This document shows, one piece after another, positions 18,659-27,467 of a stretch of 63,697 nucleotides of DNA. Every line of letters begins with the position of its first letter. The first letter of the stretch is position 1. The translations under genes and the position numbers were made by a program. The stretch is from the NCBI GenBank assembly GCA_039798785.1, contig JBDKFG010000023.1, positions 1 through 63,697 of the forward strand, read 5' to 3'. Source of the DNA: Verrucomicrobiota bacterium. Its GTDB lineage: Bacteria > Verrucomicrobiota > Lentisphaeria > Lentisphaerales > Lentisphaeraceae. The notes under the pieces were generated by a model. It saw only the letters and a list, made by a program, of their open reading frames with translations. It made no database searches and had not been told where the DNA came from.

Positions 18659-18872
18659 GTCCCGCGTTCCTCTGCCCCTCGGCGAAAGCCGAGCTCAGCG
18701 CCTCACCGGTGAAGCTGCTGCGCAACGGGCCGCAGAAGTCGAGATGATCGCGCAACCAGGCGCGGGAGTCCGGATGCTCCATGATGCGGGCCAGGCCGCG
18801 CTCGATCGCTTGCCGGCGCAGGTCTTCCTGCGTCGGCTCTTTCGTGTCTTCACTTTCATCTTCGTCGCTCAT
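18597..18872 (-). CDS. Small conserved post-portal protein (Bbp19-like)
   Basis: SAFAEGQRNAGL motif; coupled to the portal gene. Confidence 0.7.
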   Translation of the reverse strand: MSDEDESEDTKEPTQEDLRRQAIERGLARIMEHPDSRAWLRDHLDFCGPLRSSFTGEALSSAFAEGQRNAGLRVMCQVLEKFPVGWGEMMG

Positions 18873-20527
18873 GTCAATCTCCCTGTCAGTAAGGCGTTCA
18901 AGGCATTGCCCGAACGCGTGTCGGTTTTAGATAACAGCTCGGCGCCCTGGGCCGCTTGCATGAGTTGCTCGCGCTGCGCTTGCTGGTCTAAAGCGTCCTG
19001 GCGTTGCTGACGGATGGCCGCCACCGCATCGGCGCTGCGGATCAGCATCGGCGGGGTGCCTATGGCATCGACATAGGCGTCGACCGCGGCGTCGCAATCG
19101 AGCTTGTCGAGAACTGCCGGATTGCTTTGGGCGAGGTTGCCGACGAAGCCGATGGTGCGCTCGATGCCACGCGTCGCCAGCGCCTTCTGCGCCTGTGCCA
19201 GGATGCTGATGTATTCCACCTGCAGCTCGACGCCGTTCAGATCGGGCGGAGGAGGCGGCAGCTTGCCATCGCGCTGGCAGGTTTCGAAGATCCGGTCGAT
19301 CGCCGGGCCGAGCGCTTCGTCGTGCAGGCGTTCAAGCACCGGGCCAATCATCATCATCTTCTCTTCCTGGCGGGCCGCGATCTCGGCTGCAGTGATGTCG
19401 CTGCGCTGATCGTTCGAGATCATCAAGAAGAGGTCGACAAAGAGGCCGCTGCGGATGCGGGCTTCCATCTCGGCGATGTCCTGGCGCAACTCGCCGGTCT
19501 GCAGTTGTACATCGTAGACCGAGCGGAAGCCGTTCGGCGAGTTGGTCAGGTCGACGTAGGTGACGCCGCCGGGGACGTTGTTGATCACCTGGTTCTTCAG
19601 GCTGGAGGGACCGAGGAGAGGCGGGTCGACCTTCTTGGCCACCGCCTTCGCCTTCCACTTCTCCATCGTCTGCAGGCTTTGTACGTCGGGCAGGATGTCA
19701 TGGCCGGGACCGCGACCATAGGCGTCGCCGCCGAGCACATGCCAGCGCGGCGCGATGAAGGGCTTGCTGTGATAGCCGCTGAGCTTGAGGAACTTGTCGC
19801 AGTGGCCCTCCAGCTCCATCCAAGCGCTGCGCCAAGCCATGCCCGCCGGGCCGGGGCTGTTCCAGTCGCGCAAGTCGTTCGGCTCGATCACATGCAAGAC
19901 CTTCACCTGGCGGTCATGCTGGTGCTCTCTCCAGGCCTGCTGCACCGGCGGCGAACAGGCCGCCAAGGTGAAGCGCTCGACCAGTTGCGCCACCGTCATT
20001 TGCAGGGTGCGGTAAAGCGAGTTCACCGTGTCGTCTGCGCCCAGCGCAAAGAAAAACTCGCCGGCGGTGAGGGTGCGGCAGTGGACCGTCTTTTCCTCGT
20101 GCTCGTCGAGGATCATCGCCGAACAGCCGAAAAGTCCCAGCTCTTCGTAAAGCTGGTGCATGCTGCTGTAGAAGTTGCTGCGGTTCATTGCCTCGCGCAG
20201 AATGCTTTCGACCTCGAAGAGCCAGATCTTGACGTCTTCTCGCTTGTTCAGCTTCTTCGAGGGCGTGCCGAGGTGGAACCACGGGCGGGCTTTGCTGCTC
20301 ACCCCGGCGGCCAGTCCGGCGGCGAGAGAGCGCATGTCCAGGGTCGCCCGGGTGTTGAGGATCTTGTTGCTCTTTGGCTGCGGCTTGTTGGTCTGGCTCT
20401 CCAGCCAGCGGCCATTGCGCGGCAGGATGAATTCGGCCAGGCTGCGCCAATCGGCCTCGAAGAGGCTCCGTTCGGCCCGCAGCGAGGCGAGGCGGGCGAG
20501 CAATTGCTGGGGCACGGAGCATTCCAT
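18869..20527 (-). CDS. Portal (head-tail connector), T7/BPP-1/epsilon15 type
   Basis: 552 aa; PWFHL, SNFY, YGRGPG, ITAAEIAARQEEK, EYISILAQAQK. Confidence 0.93.
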   Translation of the reverse strand: MECSVPQQLLARLASLRAERSLFEADWRSLAEFILPRNGRWLESQTNKPQPKSNKILNTRATLDMRSLAAGLAAGVSSKARPWFHLGTPSKKLNKREDVKIWLFEVESILREAMNRSNFYSSMHQLYEELGLFGCSAMILDEHEEKTVHCRTLTAGEFFFALGADDTVNSLYRTLQMTVAQLVERFTLAACSPPVQQAWREHQHDRQVKVLHVIEPNDLRDWNSPGPAGMAWRSAWMELEGHCDKFLKLSGYHSKPFIAPRWHVLGGDAYGRGPGHDILPDVQSLQTMEKWKAKAVAKKVDPPLLGPSSLKNQVINNVPGGVTYVDLTNSPNGFRSVYDVQLQTGELRQDIAEMEARIRSGLFVDLFLMISNDQRSDITAAEIAARQEEKMMMIGPVLERLHDEALGPAIDRIFETCQRDGKLPPPPPDLNGVELQVEYISILAQAQKALATRGIERTIGFVGNLAQSNPAVLDKLDCDAAVDAYVDAIGTPPMLIRSADAVAAIRQQRQDALDQQAQREQLMQAAQGAELLSKTDTRSGNALNALLTGRLT

Positions 20528-20817
20528 CAGGAACCTCCGAGCAGGCTGTTGCTGGTCTTCGCCGGCGTCATGATTCCGAGGCCGCTCATCGGCGCGTCAG
20601 ATGGCCGGCTGTAGCGGCTTTTGACCACTTCCTGACGATAGCCCTGGGCTTCGTTGAAGGCCTTGAGCTCGGCCTTGCGCTGATCGGCGACATTCTTGCG
20701 CTTCTGTTTGTCCGATTCGCCGAAGATCTGCATCGGGTCCGAGACACGGACGCCGCCGACTTCCGGCAGGTTGCGCATGCCGAAGGGATCGGGCGCGGCT
20801 TTTCCTCCCATACACAT
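20527..20817 (-). CDS. Small virion-assembly protein (MCMGG start)
   Basis: TGATG coupling at both ends; ends with LLGG; pre-portal position. Confidence 0.6.
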   Translation of the reverse strand: MCMGGKAAPDPFGMRNLPEVGGVRVSDPMQIFGESDKQKRKNVADQRKAELKAFNEAQGYRQEVVKSRYSRPSDAPMSGLGIMTPAKTSNSLLGGS

Positions 20818-21110
20818 CAGACACCTCCCAGTTTGCTGTTGCCATTGGCGCCGCCGAGCAGGCCGCCGCTGAAGGGTTGCGAGCGGTTCGCGACCAGCCA
20901 TCGCGACGCCGCGTCGCTCTGGACTGCGGTCTGCTTCTTGTCGATCAAGGAGTCGCGATACTTGCGCTCGGCATCCTTGGTCTTCTGCTTCTCTGCCTTG
21001 TTGTTGTCGAGCAGGCCCTTGCCGCCGACCAGGGTACCGACGAAGGGATCGGCGCCGCCGATCAACAGGCCGCCGCCGAGTTCGCCGCCGGCTTTTTTGC
21101 CCATACACAT
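20817..21110 (-). CDS. Small virion-assembly protein (MCMGK start)
   Basis: Gly-rich, same MCMG start and LGG end as its neighbour. Confidence 0.6.
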   Translation of the reverse strand: MCMGKKAGGELGGGLLIGGADPFVGTLVGGKGLLDNNKAEKQKTKDAERKYRDSLIDKKQTAVQSDAASRWLVANRSQPFSGGLLGGANGNSKLGGV

Positions 21111-21118
21111 GATTCACC

Positions 21119-22639
21119 TCACTGTTTGAAAGGGTCGAAATCGTTGTTGATCTGGCCGCCGTAGCTCGACTCGGGAGCGCCGAGCTCGACCAGGCGGCCG
21201 CGTTGCGGGTCGCGATGGCCCACGGGCAAGGCGAAGGTCAGGGCGAGGCCGTCGGCGATGTCGGGCGAGGCGAGGCCGCGCTTCTTCATCTCGTCCTTGC
21301 TCTCCAGCTTGAGCCGGTTCTGCGCGTCGTAGTGATACTCGCGCTGGCAGAGCTCATCGACGAGGCGGTCGACCGCGCCGCCGGGAGCCGGCAGTCGCGG
21401 CAGCCGCAGGCGGTGCAGGTTCGCCTTCAGGTTGCCCCAGCACTCGGCGCCCCAATCGGCAAAGTCGCGCTGCGTCGCCTTGCCGTTGTTGTAGACCTCG
21501 ATCACCGACCAGCCGAGCTGCCGGACGCGGTCGATGACGCCGCCGCCCACTCCGGTACCGTCGATGAAGATGGCGTCGGGGTGAAGCTCAGCGGCCAGGC
21601 GCACCACTTGCGCGGCGAGCTGCATCGTGTCCTTGCCCTCGAAGATCAGCGGCGGGCGGTAGATGCAGTCGTCGCCGCGTCGCGTCCAGATGGTGCTGCG
21701 GTCCGAACCGAAGCGGGCGACATCGACGCCGATCACGATCGGATCGTGCGGGTACACCGTCACCTCGCGCAGCTGCGCCGCCAGGACCGCCTCGCGGTGC
21801 AGGAATTGATTCGTCGACGAAGAGGGGAACTGCCCCTTGATCCGGACCTTGACGAAGTCGCTGTCCTCGCCGTTCTCCGCCACCATGTCGGCCAAGACCG
21901 CCTTGTTGGTGATCTTCACCGTGCGGCTGTCGATTTGCCGGGTGATCCAGCGAGCCCGGCGAGCGTGGAAGCACTCGAAGAAGCGCCCCGAGTTCCGCGT
22001 CGGGTTGCCGAAGGCCACCCAGATGATCTCGGTTTCCTTGTCGGTGAGTGCGCCTTCCGCAACTTCCCAGACCTTGTCGGCGATGTTAGATGCTTCATCG
22101 AAGACCAGCAGCAGGCGTTTGCCCTGGTTGTGCAGGCCGGCGAAGGCTTCGGTGTTGTGCTCGCTCCAAGTCACCTTGTCGAAGCGCCAGGTCTTCGCAC
22201 AGGAGGGATCGCGGCTCAGGATCGCTCCATCGGTCATCTTGAACCAGTCCTTGAACAGGCAGAGCTCGAACCACTTCGAGATTTCCGGCCAGGTCTTGGT
22301 GACGAGCTGCGCTTCGGTGTTGGCCGTCACCAGCCCCTTCGAATCCGGGCAAGTCATGTTCGACCAGAGACTAATCCAAGACACCAGGCAGCTCTTGCCG
22401 ATGCCGTGCCCCGAGGCCACCGCGATGAAGATCGGCTTGAGCTGGCTTCGCGGTTTCCGCAAAGCATCGCGGATTTGCGTCAATATGTCCACCGCCCAGT
22501 CATCCGGCCCCTCATGATCTTCCAAAGGTCCGGGCTCGCCCCAAGGGAAGGCGATCTGCACGAAGAGCAGGGGATCGCGGGCGCAGCGCGCCAGCAAGTC
22601 CATCCGCTTTTCGTCGATGCTGGAATTGTCGCAGCTCAT
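21119..22639 (-). CDS. terL: Terminase large subunit
   Basis: VASGHGIGKS, VFDEAS, GNPTRNSG, GVDVARFGSD, SPDIADGLAL. Confidence 0.93.
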   Translation of the reverse strand: MSCDNSSIDEKRMDLLARCARDPLLFVQIAFPWGEPGPLEDHEGPDDWAVDILTQIRDALRKPRSQLKPIFIAVASGHGIGKSCLVSWISLWSNMTCPDSKGLVTANTEAQLVTKTWPEISKWFELCLFKDWFKMTDGAILSRDPSCAKTWRFDKVTWSEHNTEAFAGLHNQGKRLLLVFDEASNIADKVWEVAEGALTDKETEIIWVAFGNPTRNSGRFFECFHARRARWITRQIDSRTVKITNKAVLADMVAENGEDSDFVKVRIKGQFPSSSTNQFLHREAVLAAQLREVTVYPHDPIVIGVDVARFGSDRSTIWTRRGDDCIYRPPLIFEGKDTMQLAAQVVRLAAELHPDAIFIDGTGVGGGVIDRVRQLGWSVIEVYNNGKATQRDFADWGAECWGNLKANLHRLRLPRLPAPGGAVDRLVDELCQREYHYDAQNRLKLESKDEMKKRGLASPDIADGLALTFALPVGHRDPQRGRLVELGAPESSYGGQINNDFDPFKQ

Positions 22640-23070
22640 GAAGAGGCTTCATCCTGGTTTTTGATTTTCTTGATCGCCGCGTCGACGCGGCCTTTCAGAT
22701 TGCTGGTCGTTTCGACCTCCAGCTTGTCGTTGTAGCCGCCGAGGTGCCGCATCAGCTTGTCCAGAGCGCTGATCTTGTGGCCGGTGGTCACTGCCGGAGG
22801 CGGACCTTCCTCCTCCTGCGGGTCCACCTTGGCAAAGGCGATGCCTTCCAGTTCCTTCACCACCGCGTCGACAGTCACCTTGGTGCGCTTCTCGCGATCC
22901 TTGCGCTGCTTCTGGATCTCCGCCTGAACGCGGGGATTCGCCATCAATTTCGCCGCTGTTTGCTTCGCTACCGACGCCGCATAACCGCAGCGGATCACCG
23001 CCGCGGTCGCATTCAGATCGGCGAGGTATTCCAGGCAGAATTGCCTTTGTTTGGCAGTCAGCGGCTTCAT
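22636..23070 (-). CDS. terS: Terminase small subunit
   Basis: LTAKQRQFCLEYLADLNATAAVIRCGY; coupled to terL. Confidence 0.9.
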   Translation of the reverse strand: MKPLTAKQRQFCLEYLADLNATAAVIRCGYAASVAKQTAAKLMANPRVQAEIQKQRKDREKRTKVTVDAVVKELEGIAFAKVDPQEEEGPPPAVTTGHKISALDKLMRHLGGYNDKLEVETTSNLKGRVDAAIKKIKNQDEASS

Positions 23071-23074
23071 GGGT

Positions 23075-23329
23075 TCAGGGCGCGGCAGCGGGAGTGATCA
23101 CCGGCTTCACGTCGGTGGTGTTGGTCGGGCTGTTGACCGAAGAATTGGGCGCGCTGTTGGAGCCCTCTTTCTTCATCTCGCCGAGGTTGATGACGACGAC
23201 ATTGCAGCGTTCGCCATTGGTCCAGCCGCCGGCACTGGCGGGAGTGGCAGTGCTGGCGCAGCTGGCGAAGAGGAGGACGGCGCCGAGCTTGAGCAGCGCG
23301 AGACGAATGCGGGGATGCAGGATGATCAT
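23075..23329 (-). CDS. Small lipoprotein (candidate o-spanin)
   Basis: Lipobox LFAS-C, Pro/Ser-rich tail. Confidence 0.55.
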   Translation of the reverse strand: MIILHPRIRLALLKLGAVLLFASCASTATPASAGGWTNGERCNVVVINLGEMKKEGSNSAPNSSVNSPTNTTDVKPVITPAAAP

Positions 23330-23631
23330 GGGGCTTCCTTGCGTTTGTTCTGGTTTTTGTTGATGAGCACTTCGAGCTGGCTTTCCAGCTGGGTGTCGAG
23401 TTCGAGGATGGCGGCGCTTGGTACCTGCGGCTGTTGCCGGGCCAGTGAGGCGACAGTGAGGCGGAAAGAGTGATGAAAGGCGAGCACAGCGCGATCGGTC
23501 GCCAGCTCCTCCTCCATCGCCTGGATCTTGCCCTCGAGGAGCTTGATCCGGTCGAAGACGGAGAACTTGAAGAAGGCACCGAAGGCACCGGAGACGAGGG
23601 TGCAGATCATGGTGACGCTACCGGCATCCAT
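23326..23631 (-). CDS. Single-TM coiled-coil protein (candidate holin or i-spanin)
   Basis: N-terminal hydrophobic helix then coiled coil; TAATG coupling to the adaptor gene. Confidence 0.5.
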   Translation of the reverse strand: MDAGSVTMICTLVSGAFGAFFKFSVFDRIKLLEGKIQAMEEELATDRAVLAFHHSFRLTVASLARQQPQVPSAAILELDTQLESQLEVLINKNQNKRKEAP

Positions 23632-24203
23632 TACAGACCTCCCCGCGCCGTGATCCACGGCGCATCCCAGCTGCCCAGGCCGGCCGCTTCATTGGCGTCC
23701 TGCGCCCCGGCTTCCGGCAGCCACGATTTCCACGACCTGTCAAAGCTGTTGTGCAGCTCGGCGGAAAGTCGCAAGACGGTGGCCAGATCGGTCGCCAGCT
23801 TGAGGATCAGCAGCTCGATGAAGCCGGGGTCGAAGATCGTCGTGTCGGTGATCCGCTTGGTGTAGATCAGCGTCGCCGACGCAATGTCGCAGAAGAGCTC
23901 GCGCCCCGCCACTTCGAAGGGCGAGGGCGGCGCGCCGTCCTTGATCATCAACTGCCGCGCCTTCAGGCAGTCAGCAGGCAAGCTGTAGCGATAGCCCCAG
24001 TCGCTCGGCGGCGTGCCGAGATCGGTCAAGGCGAGGCGCGTCGTCGCGAAGCTCCAGTCGTGGCGACGCAGCGCCGCGTCCCGTGCCACTGCATAAAGCA
24101 GGTTGCAGGCGCGGCCCTCGGCCGAGTCTTCACTCAGAGACGCCACGTTGAAGCGACAGCCCAGACGGGCAAGAGCGTGGTTGCAAATGTCGAGGTCAGT
24201 CAT
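23631..24203 (-). CDS. Head-tail adaptor / tail tubular protein A (T7 gp11-like)
   Basis: DLDICNHALARLG, HDWSFAT, YRYSLPADCL, FDPGF. Confidence 0.85.
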   Translation of the reverse strand: MTDLDICNHALARLGCRFNVASLSEDSAEGRACNLLYAVARDAALRRHDWSFATTRLALTDLGTPPSDWGYRYSLPADCLKARQLMIKDGAPPSPFEVAGRELFCDIASATLIYTKRITDTTIFDPGFIELLILKLATDLATVLRLSAELHNSFDRSWKSWLPEAGAQDANEAAGLGSWDAPWITARGGL

Positions 24204-24248
24204 GAGGCCCCCAAGGGAAGGGGGCGCCGTGGCTCCCCCTTGGTTCGA

Positions 24249-24536
24249 TCAGTTGCTGGATTCAGCGCCGGACGCCTTTGAAGCCGAAGCCTTCTCAGCC
24301 TTGATTCTGGCGGCTTCGGCATCCTTCTCGGCCTTGAGCTTGGCGGCTTCGGCATCCTTCTCGGCCTTGAGCTTGGCGGCTTCGGCTTTCGCCTTGGTCT
24401 CTTCTTGGCGCTTCGCTTCGGCATCCAGATTGAGGAGATGCGGGGCTTCGGGTGTGTCGTCGGGGAGTTCGTACTCGCCGGGTTCGAGGATGCGACCGGC
24501 GATATAGGAAGGGGCTTTCACGTGAAAACGGGACAT
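24249..24536 (-). CDS. Hypothetical capsid-region protein with AAKLKAEKDAE repeats
   Basis: GGAG RBS; 33-bp internal repeats. Confidence 0.65.
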   Translation of the reverse strand: MSRFHVKAPSYIAGRILEPGEYELPDDTPEAPHLLNLDAEAKRQEETKAKAEAAKLKAEKDAEAAKLKAEKDAEAARIKAEKASASKASGAESSN

Positions 24537-24611
24537 GGGTTAACTCCGGGATATAGGGGATTGTGCGTGAATGAAGTTTTCAGGGGACGGCTAGGCCGCC
24601 CCTGTCGTGGC

Positions 24612-25049
24612 TTAGCGGTTGGTCTGGCGCTCGGGGATGATCAGAGCGGTGATTGGCAAGTTGGTGAAGCCGCCGCCAGTGGTGTAGCGCAAGCCGACGT
24701 AGCGCTGGCAAACTTGCGGCAGATCTGGTTCAATGGGCAGAATCGTGTTGGACATGCCGACTGAGACCGAAACGTCGTGCGAAGCATGGACGGAGGGCGA
24801 GCTCAGGTCACTGTTGGGCGAGCTGAGCACTTCGACCTTAATCGTACCAGAGCTATTGATGACGCCGGCCATGACCTGGATCGGCAGGTAGTCGGAGCCG
24901 TTGCTGCCGGCGGAGCCGTTGACAAGGGCGCCCTGGGCATTGCGGGCCTGCTGACCCGGGCCGAGATCGACAACGTTAGTGGAAAGGACGAAGTTGCCGG
25001 CACTAAGAAGTTGGGCAGAAGAGAAGTAGTGGTTGCTGTCGGGGATCAT
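24612..25049 (-). CDS. Capsid cement/decoration protein (Bbp16-like)
   Basis: FSSAQ...STNVVDLG...RYVGLRYT; follows the MCP gene. Confidence 0.75.
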   Translation of the reverse strand: MIPDSNHYFSSAQLLSAGNFVLSTNVVDLGPGQQARNAQGALVNGSAGSNGSDYLPIQVMAGVINSSGTIKVEVLSSPNSDLSSPSVHASHDVSVSVGMSNTILPIEPDLPQVCQRYVGLRYTTGGGFTNLPITALIIPERQTNR

Positions 25050-25096
25050 GGGGATTGACCTTGATGGGTTGAGAGTCGAAAGGGGAGAGGGGGAAA

Positions 25097-25119
25097 GCCG
25101 GGCGGCAGAACCGCCCGGC
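25097..25119 (-). terminator. Hairpin after the MCP gene (partial terminator or stabiliser)
   Basis: GCCGGGCGG-N5-CCGCCCGGC then a pyrimidine run on the minus strand. Confidence 0.55.
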
Positions 25120-25126
25120 AGAGGAA

Positions 25127-26131
25127 TCAGATGACGCGGGCCTCGGTGGAGAGGATCTCGTCGACGCGGCGCACGGGGATGCCGTTGAACTGAACGACCG
25201 GCTTGCCGCCGACGGTTTCTTCCGTCAGGTTGTAAGCGATCTTCTCGAGGATGGCCAGACGCAAGAGCGTCATGGTGGCGCGGCTGCAGTAGTAGGCAGC
25301 GTTGCCGCCCTTGATGTTGTAGATCCGCTCCTGCGCCATGATCATGTAGGTCAGCAGGTCCTTGAGCTTGGCCTTGGTGCCGTCCGCCATGATGACGCCG
25401 TTGTCGATGTTGCAGATCCGCACGAACTGGCGTTTGTCGCGGACGCTGAGGCCGTTGTACCACTTGTAGTGCGAGCTGTAGGCCATGAACTCGTTGATGC
25501 CGCCGGAGTCTTTCACCGGACGGCGACCGAGGTCTTCTTGCTGCAGACCGCCCTTGGTACCCTTGGGGTAGATACCAAGCAGGGAGTCGTCGCCCCAGAC
25601 GGCCAAGCCGATCGAGGTGTTGGCGCTGCCAGTACCGCCCGCGTCGATGATCTGGCCAGCAGTCAGCGCATCGTTACCGGCGATTTTGTTGTAGCGGGTG
25701 AAGAGGCCGTCGAAAGCTTTGGCGTTGACCTGGCTGTTGCCATAGATCATGGTCTGCGCCATGCCGTTGTTCATGCCGGCGATGAAGCTGCGGCTTTCGC
25801 TCTGCAGGAAGGCGCCGAGATCGGGAGCGATTTCAGCCAGAGCGCAGTCCACATCTGACCAAGCCTCGAACATCGAGGTGTTATCGGTGATCTGGATGGT
25901 GGTCGACTTGCTCTTGGGCACACCTTCGCCAAAGGCGCGGAAGGCGCCGGAAGGCAGCGAGGCACGTTGAGTCGACTTGTGGGCAGTGCCTTGGTTGCAC
26001 TCCATGAGTCGCATATCGGTAAGGAGATCGTTGGTTTCGTTGAGAGTCTCAACGATGTAGGCGATCTTGCCGTCTTGCATGCGCTTGACAAGATCGGCGT
26101 AGGTCAGGGACAAGGGGGCGAGGACGGCCAT
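25127..26131 (-). CDS. Major capsid protein (Bbp17/epsilon15-like)
   Basis: IVETLNETN, IIDAGGTG, GIYPKGTKGGL, VRICNID, FNGIPVRRVD. Confidence 0.9.
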   Translation of the reverse strand: MAVLAPLSLTYADLVKRMQDGKIAYIVETLNETNDLLTDMRLMECNQGTAHKSTQRASLPSGAFRAFGEGVPKSKSTTIQITDNTSMFEAWSDVDCALAEIAPDLGAFLQSESRSFIAGMNNGMAQTMIYGNSQVNAKAFDGLFTRYNKIAGNDALTAGQIIDAGGTGSANTSIGLAVWGDDSLLGIYPKGTKGGLQQEDLGRRPVKDSGGINEFMAYSSHYKWYNGLSVRDKRQFVRICNIDNGVIMADGTKAKLKDLLTYMIMAQERIYNIKGGNAAYYCSRATMTLLRLAILEKIAYNLTEETVGGKPVVQFNGIPVRRVDEILSTEARVI

Positions 26132-26291
26132 GGTGGGCTCCGTAAGGTTCGTGGGTTTCAGTGAAGGTGCGTAGGATCAGCGAGCGGCAGGCCTCAATGG
26201 GAGGCAGGATCAAGGAGCAGCGCGGGCTTCAAAAAGAAGCAAGGTTCTTAGGGGCATTGAAGGTTCGTGGAATTGCTGAAATCAAAGAGGC

Positions 26292-26927
26292 TTAGGACGG
26301 AACGGACTTGTCAAACATCAATTGAACGAGGCTTTTCTCAGTGCTCGGCGTGCCGCGGACGCTGCTGTCCTCGCGGATGGCGGCGGCGCAGCGGGCGAGC
26401 AAACCGATGACGGCGGGGTGGTTGCCCAGGCCCGCGTCAATCAGCACCTCGCGGGCGGCAGGGCCGAAGGCTTGCAGCGCCTTATTGGCAGCGGCCAAAG
26501 TCTGTGGCAGCTTGGCGCCGCCGAGCTCGGGATCGCTCTTGAGCTGCTGCGCCCATTCGCCTTGCAGCGCTTCCCAAGCGTCCATGCGGGTCTTCTGCTG
26601 TTCTTGCTGGCGGCTCAGCTCGAGATCGATGATCTTCTGCGCTGCTTCCGGCGCGATCTTCGATTCCTTGCAGAGCGCGCTGAACGCAGCCACTCCGGGA
26701 TCGTCCTTGGCCACCGTGTCCGGTAGCTTGAAGTCGTAGACCGGCTCAGTCGCAGGCGGCGCAGCTTCGCTTGCGGCTGCCGCAGGAGTCGCCGAGTTTG
26801 TCGCAGGTGCAGCCACTGGAGGCTGAGCTTGCGGCGCAGCGGCAGCAGCAGGGGCGGCGAGCAGCGGCACCGTTGCGGCGGCAGCGGGATTTGCGGAGTC
26901 CGCCACAGGTGGTGCGGGATCGGGCAT
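26292..26927 (-). CDS. Capsid scaffolding protein
   Basis: Ala/Pro-rich N-terminus, YDFKLP, DPELGG, GLGNHP; precedes the MCP gene. Confidence 0.8.
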   Translation of the reverse strand: MPDPAPPVADSANPAAAATVPLLAAPAAAAAPQAQPPVAAPATNSATPAAAASEAAPPATEPVYDFKLPDTVAKDDPGVAAFSALCKESKIAPEAAQKIIDLELSRQQEQQKTRMDAWEALQGEWAQQLKSDPELGGAKLPQTLAAANKALQAFGPAAREVLIDAGLGNHPAVIGLLARCAAAIREDSSVRGTPSTEKSLVQLMFDKSVPS

Positions 26928-26962
26928 CTTGGCTCCTTTTATTTTTTGTTTGTTCTGTTGAA

Positions 26963-27007
26963 AATTTCTGTCCATGCAGAAATTACATGCGACAGAAATA
27001 TGTCGCA
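26963..27007. promoter_or_regulatory. Divergent late control region with two inverted repeats
   Basis: AATTTCTG-N6-CAGAAATT and TGCGACA-N6-TGTCGCA in an AT-rich gap between divergent operons. Confidence 0.5.
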
Positions 27008-27033
27008 GTCAGAAAAACGCAAGGGGTAAAAAA

Positions 27034-27453
27034 ATGGCCAATCCAAGAATTTTTGATTTTATCCGTCGGCGCATCGGCGAAGGCATTTACAGCCGCTTGC
27101 CCACCTACGACGACGCGGTGAACTACATCGGCCCCGGCAAGCGCGGCGCCCTCAAGATCTTGCGCTACACCTGCGGCTGCGACCTCAACCCTGCAGGCTG
27201 GCTGCACGACGGCGGCTACGAGATCGGTGGCGGCGAGGCCGAGAAGGAATTCTGGGATAATCAATTCCTCGCCACCATGCTGCAGCTGATCGAATTGCAC
27301 CAGTTCCCTTTCGGCACCGCCTGGCTGCTGCGCCGCGCCGCCCGCTTCCGCGCCATCGAGTACTACAACGAAGTCCGCGAGTGCGGCGACGCCTTCTTCA
27401 CCAAGCGCGGCAAGCCGCTTGTCTCTTTGCCTCTTGAATCCTTGACCGCGTAA
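27034..27453 (+). CDS. DUF1353-like protein
   Basis: AGWLHDGGY...EKEFWDNQFL...YYNEVRECG pattern. Confidence 0.55.
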   Translation: MANPRIFDFIRRRIGEGIYSRLPTYDDAVNYIGPGKRGALKILRYTCGCDLNPAGWLHDGGYEIGGGEAEKEFWDNQFLATMLQLIELHQFPFGTAWLLRRAARFRAIEYYNEVRECGDAFFTKRGKPLVSLPLESLTA

Positions 27454-27467
27454 CCAAAGCATCCCCT

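Noticed and set aside
17995..18768. DGR template/variable repeat pair (the phage is BPP-1-like)
   Set aside because: No reverse transcriptase in the window and mismatches are not adenine-specific
24612..25463. Programmed -1 frameshift fusing MCP to the cement protein
   Set aside because: The frame is open but no slippery heptamer is seen near the MCP end; long open frames are common at this GC
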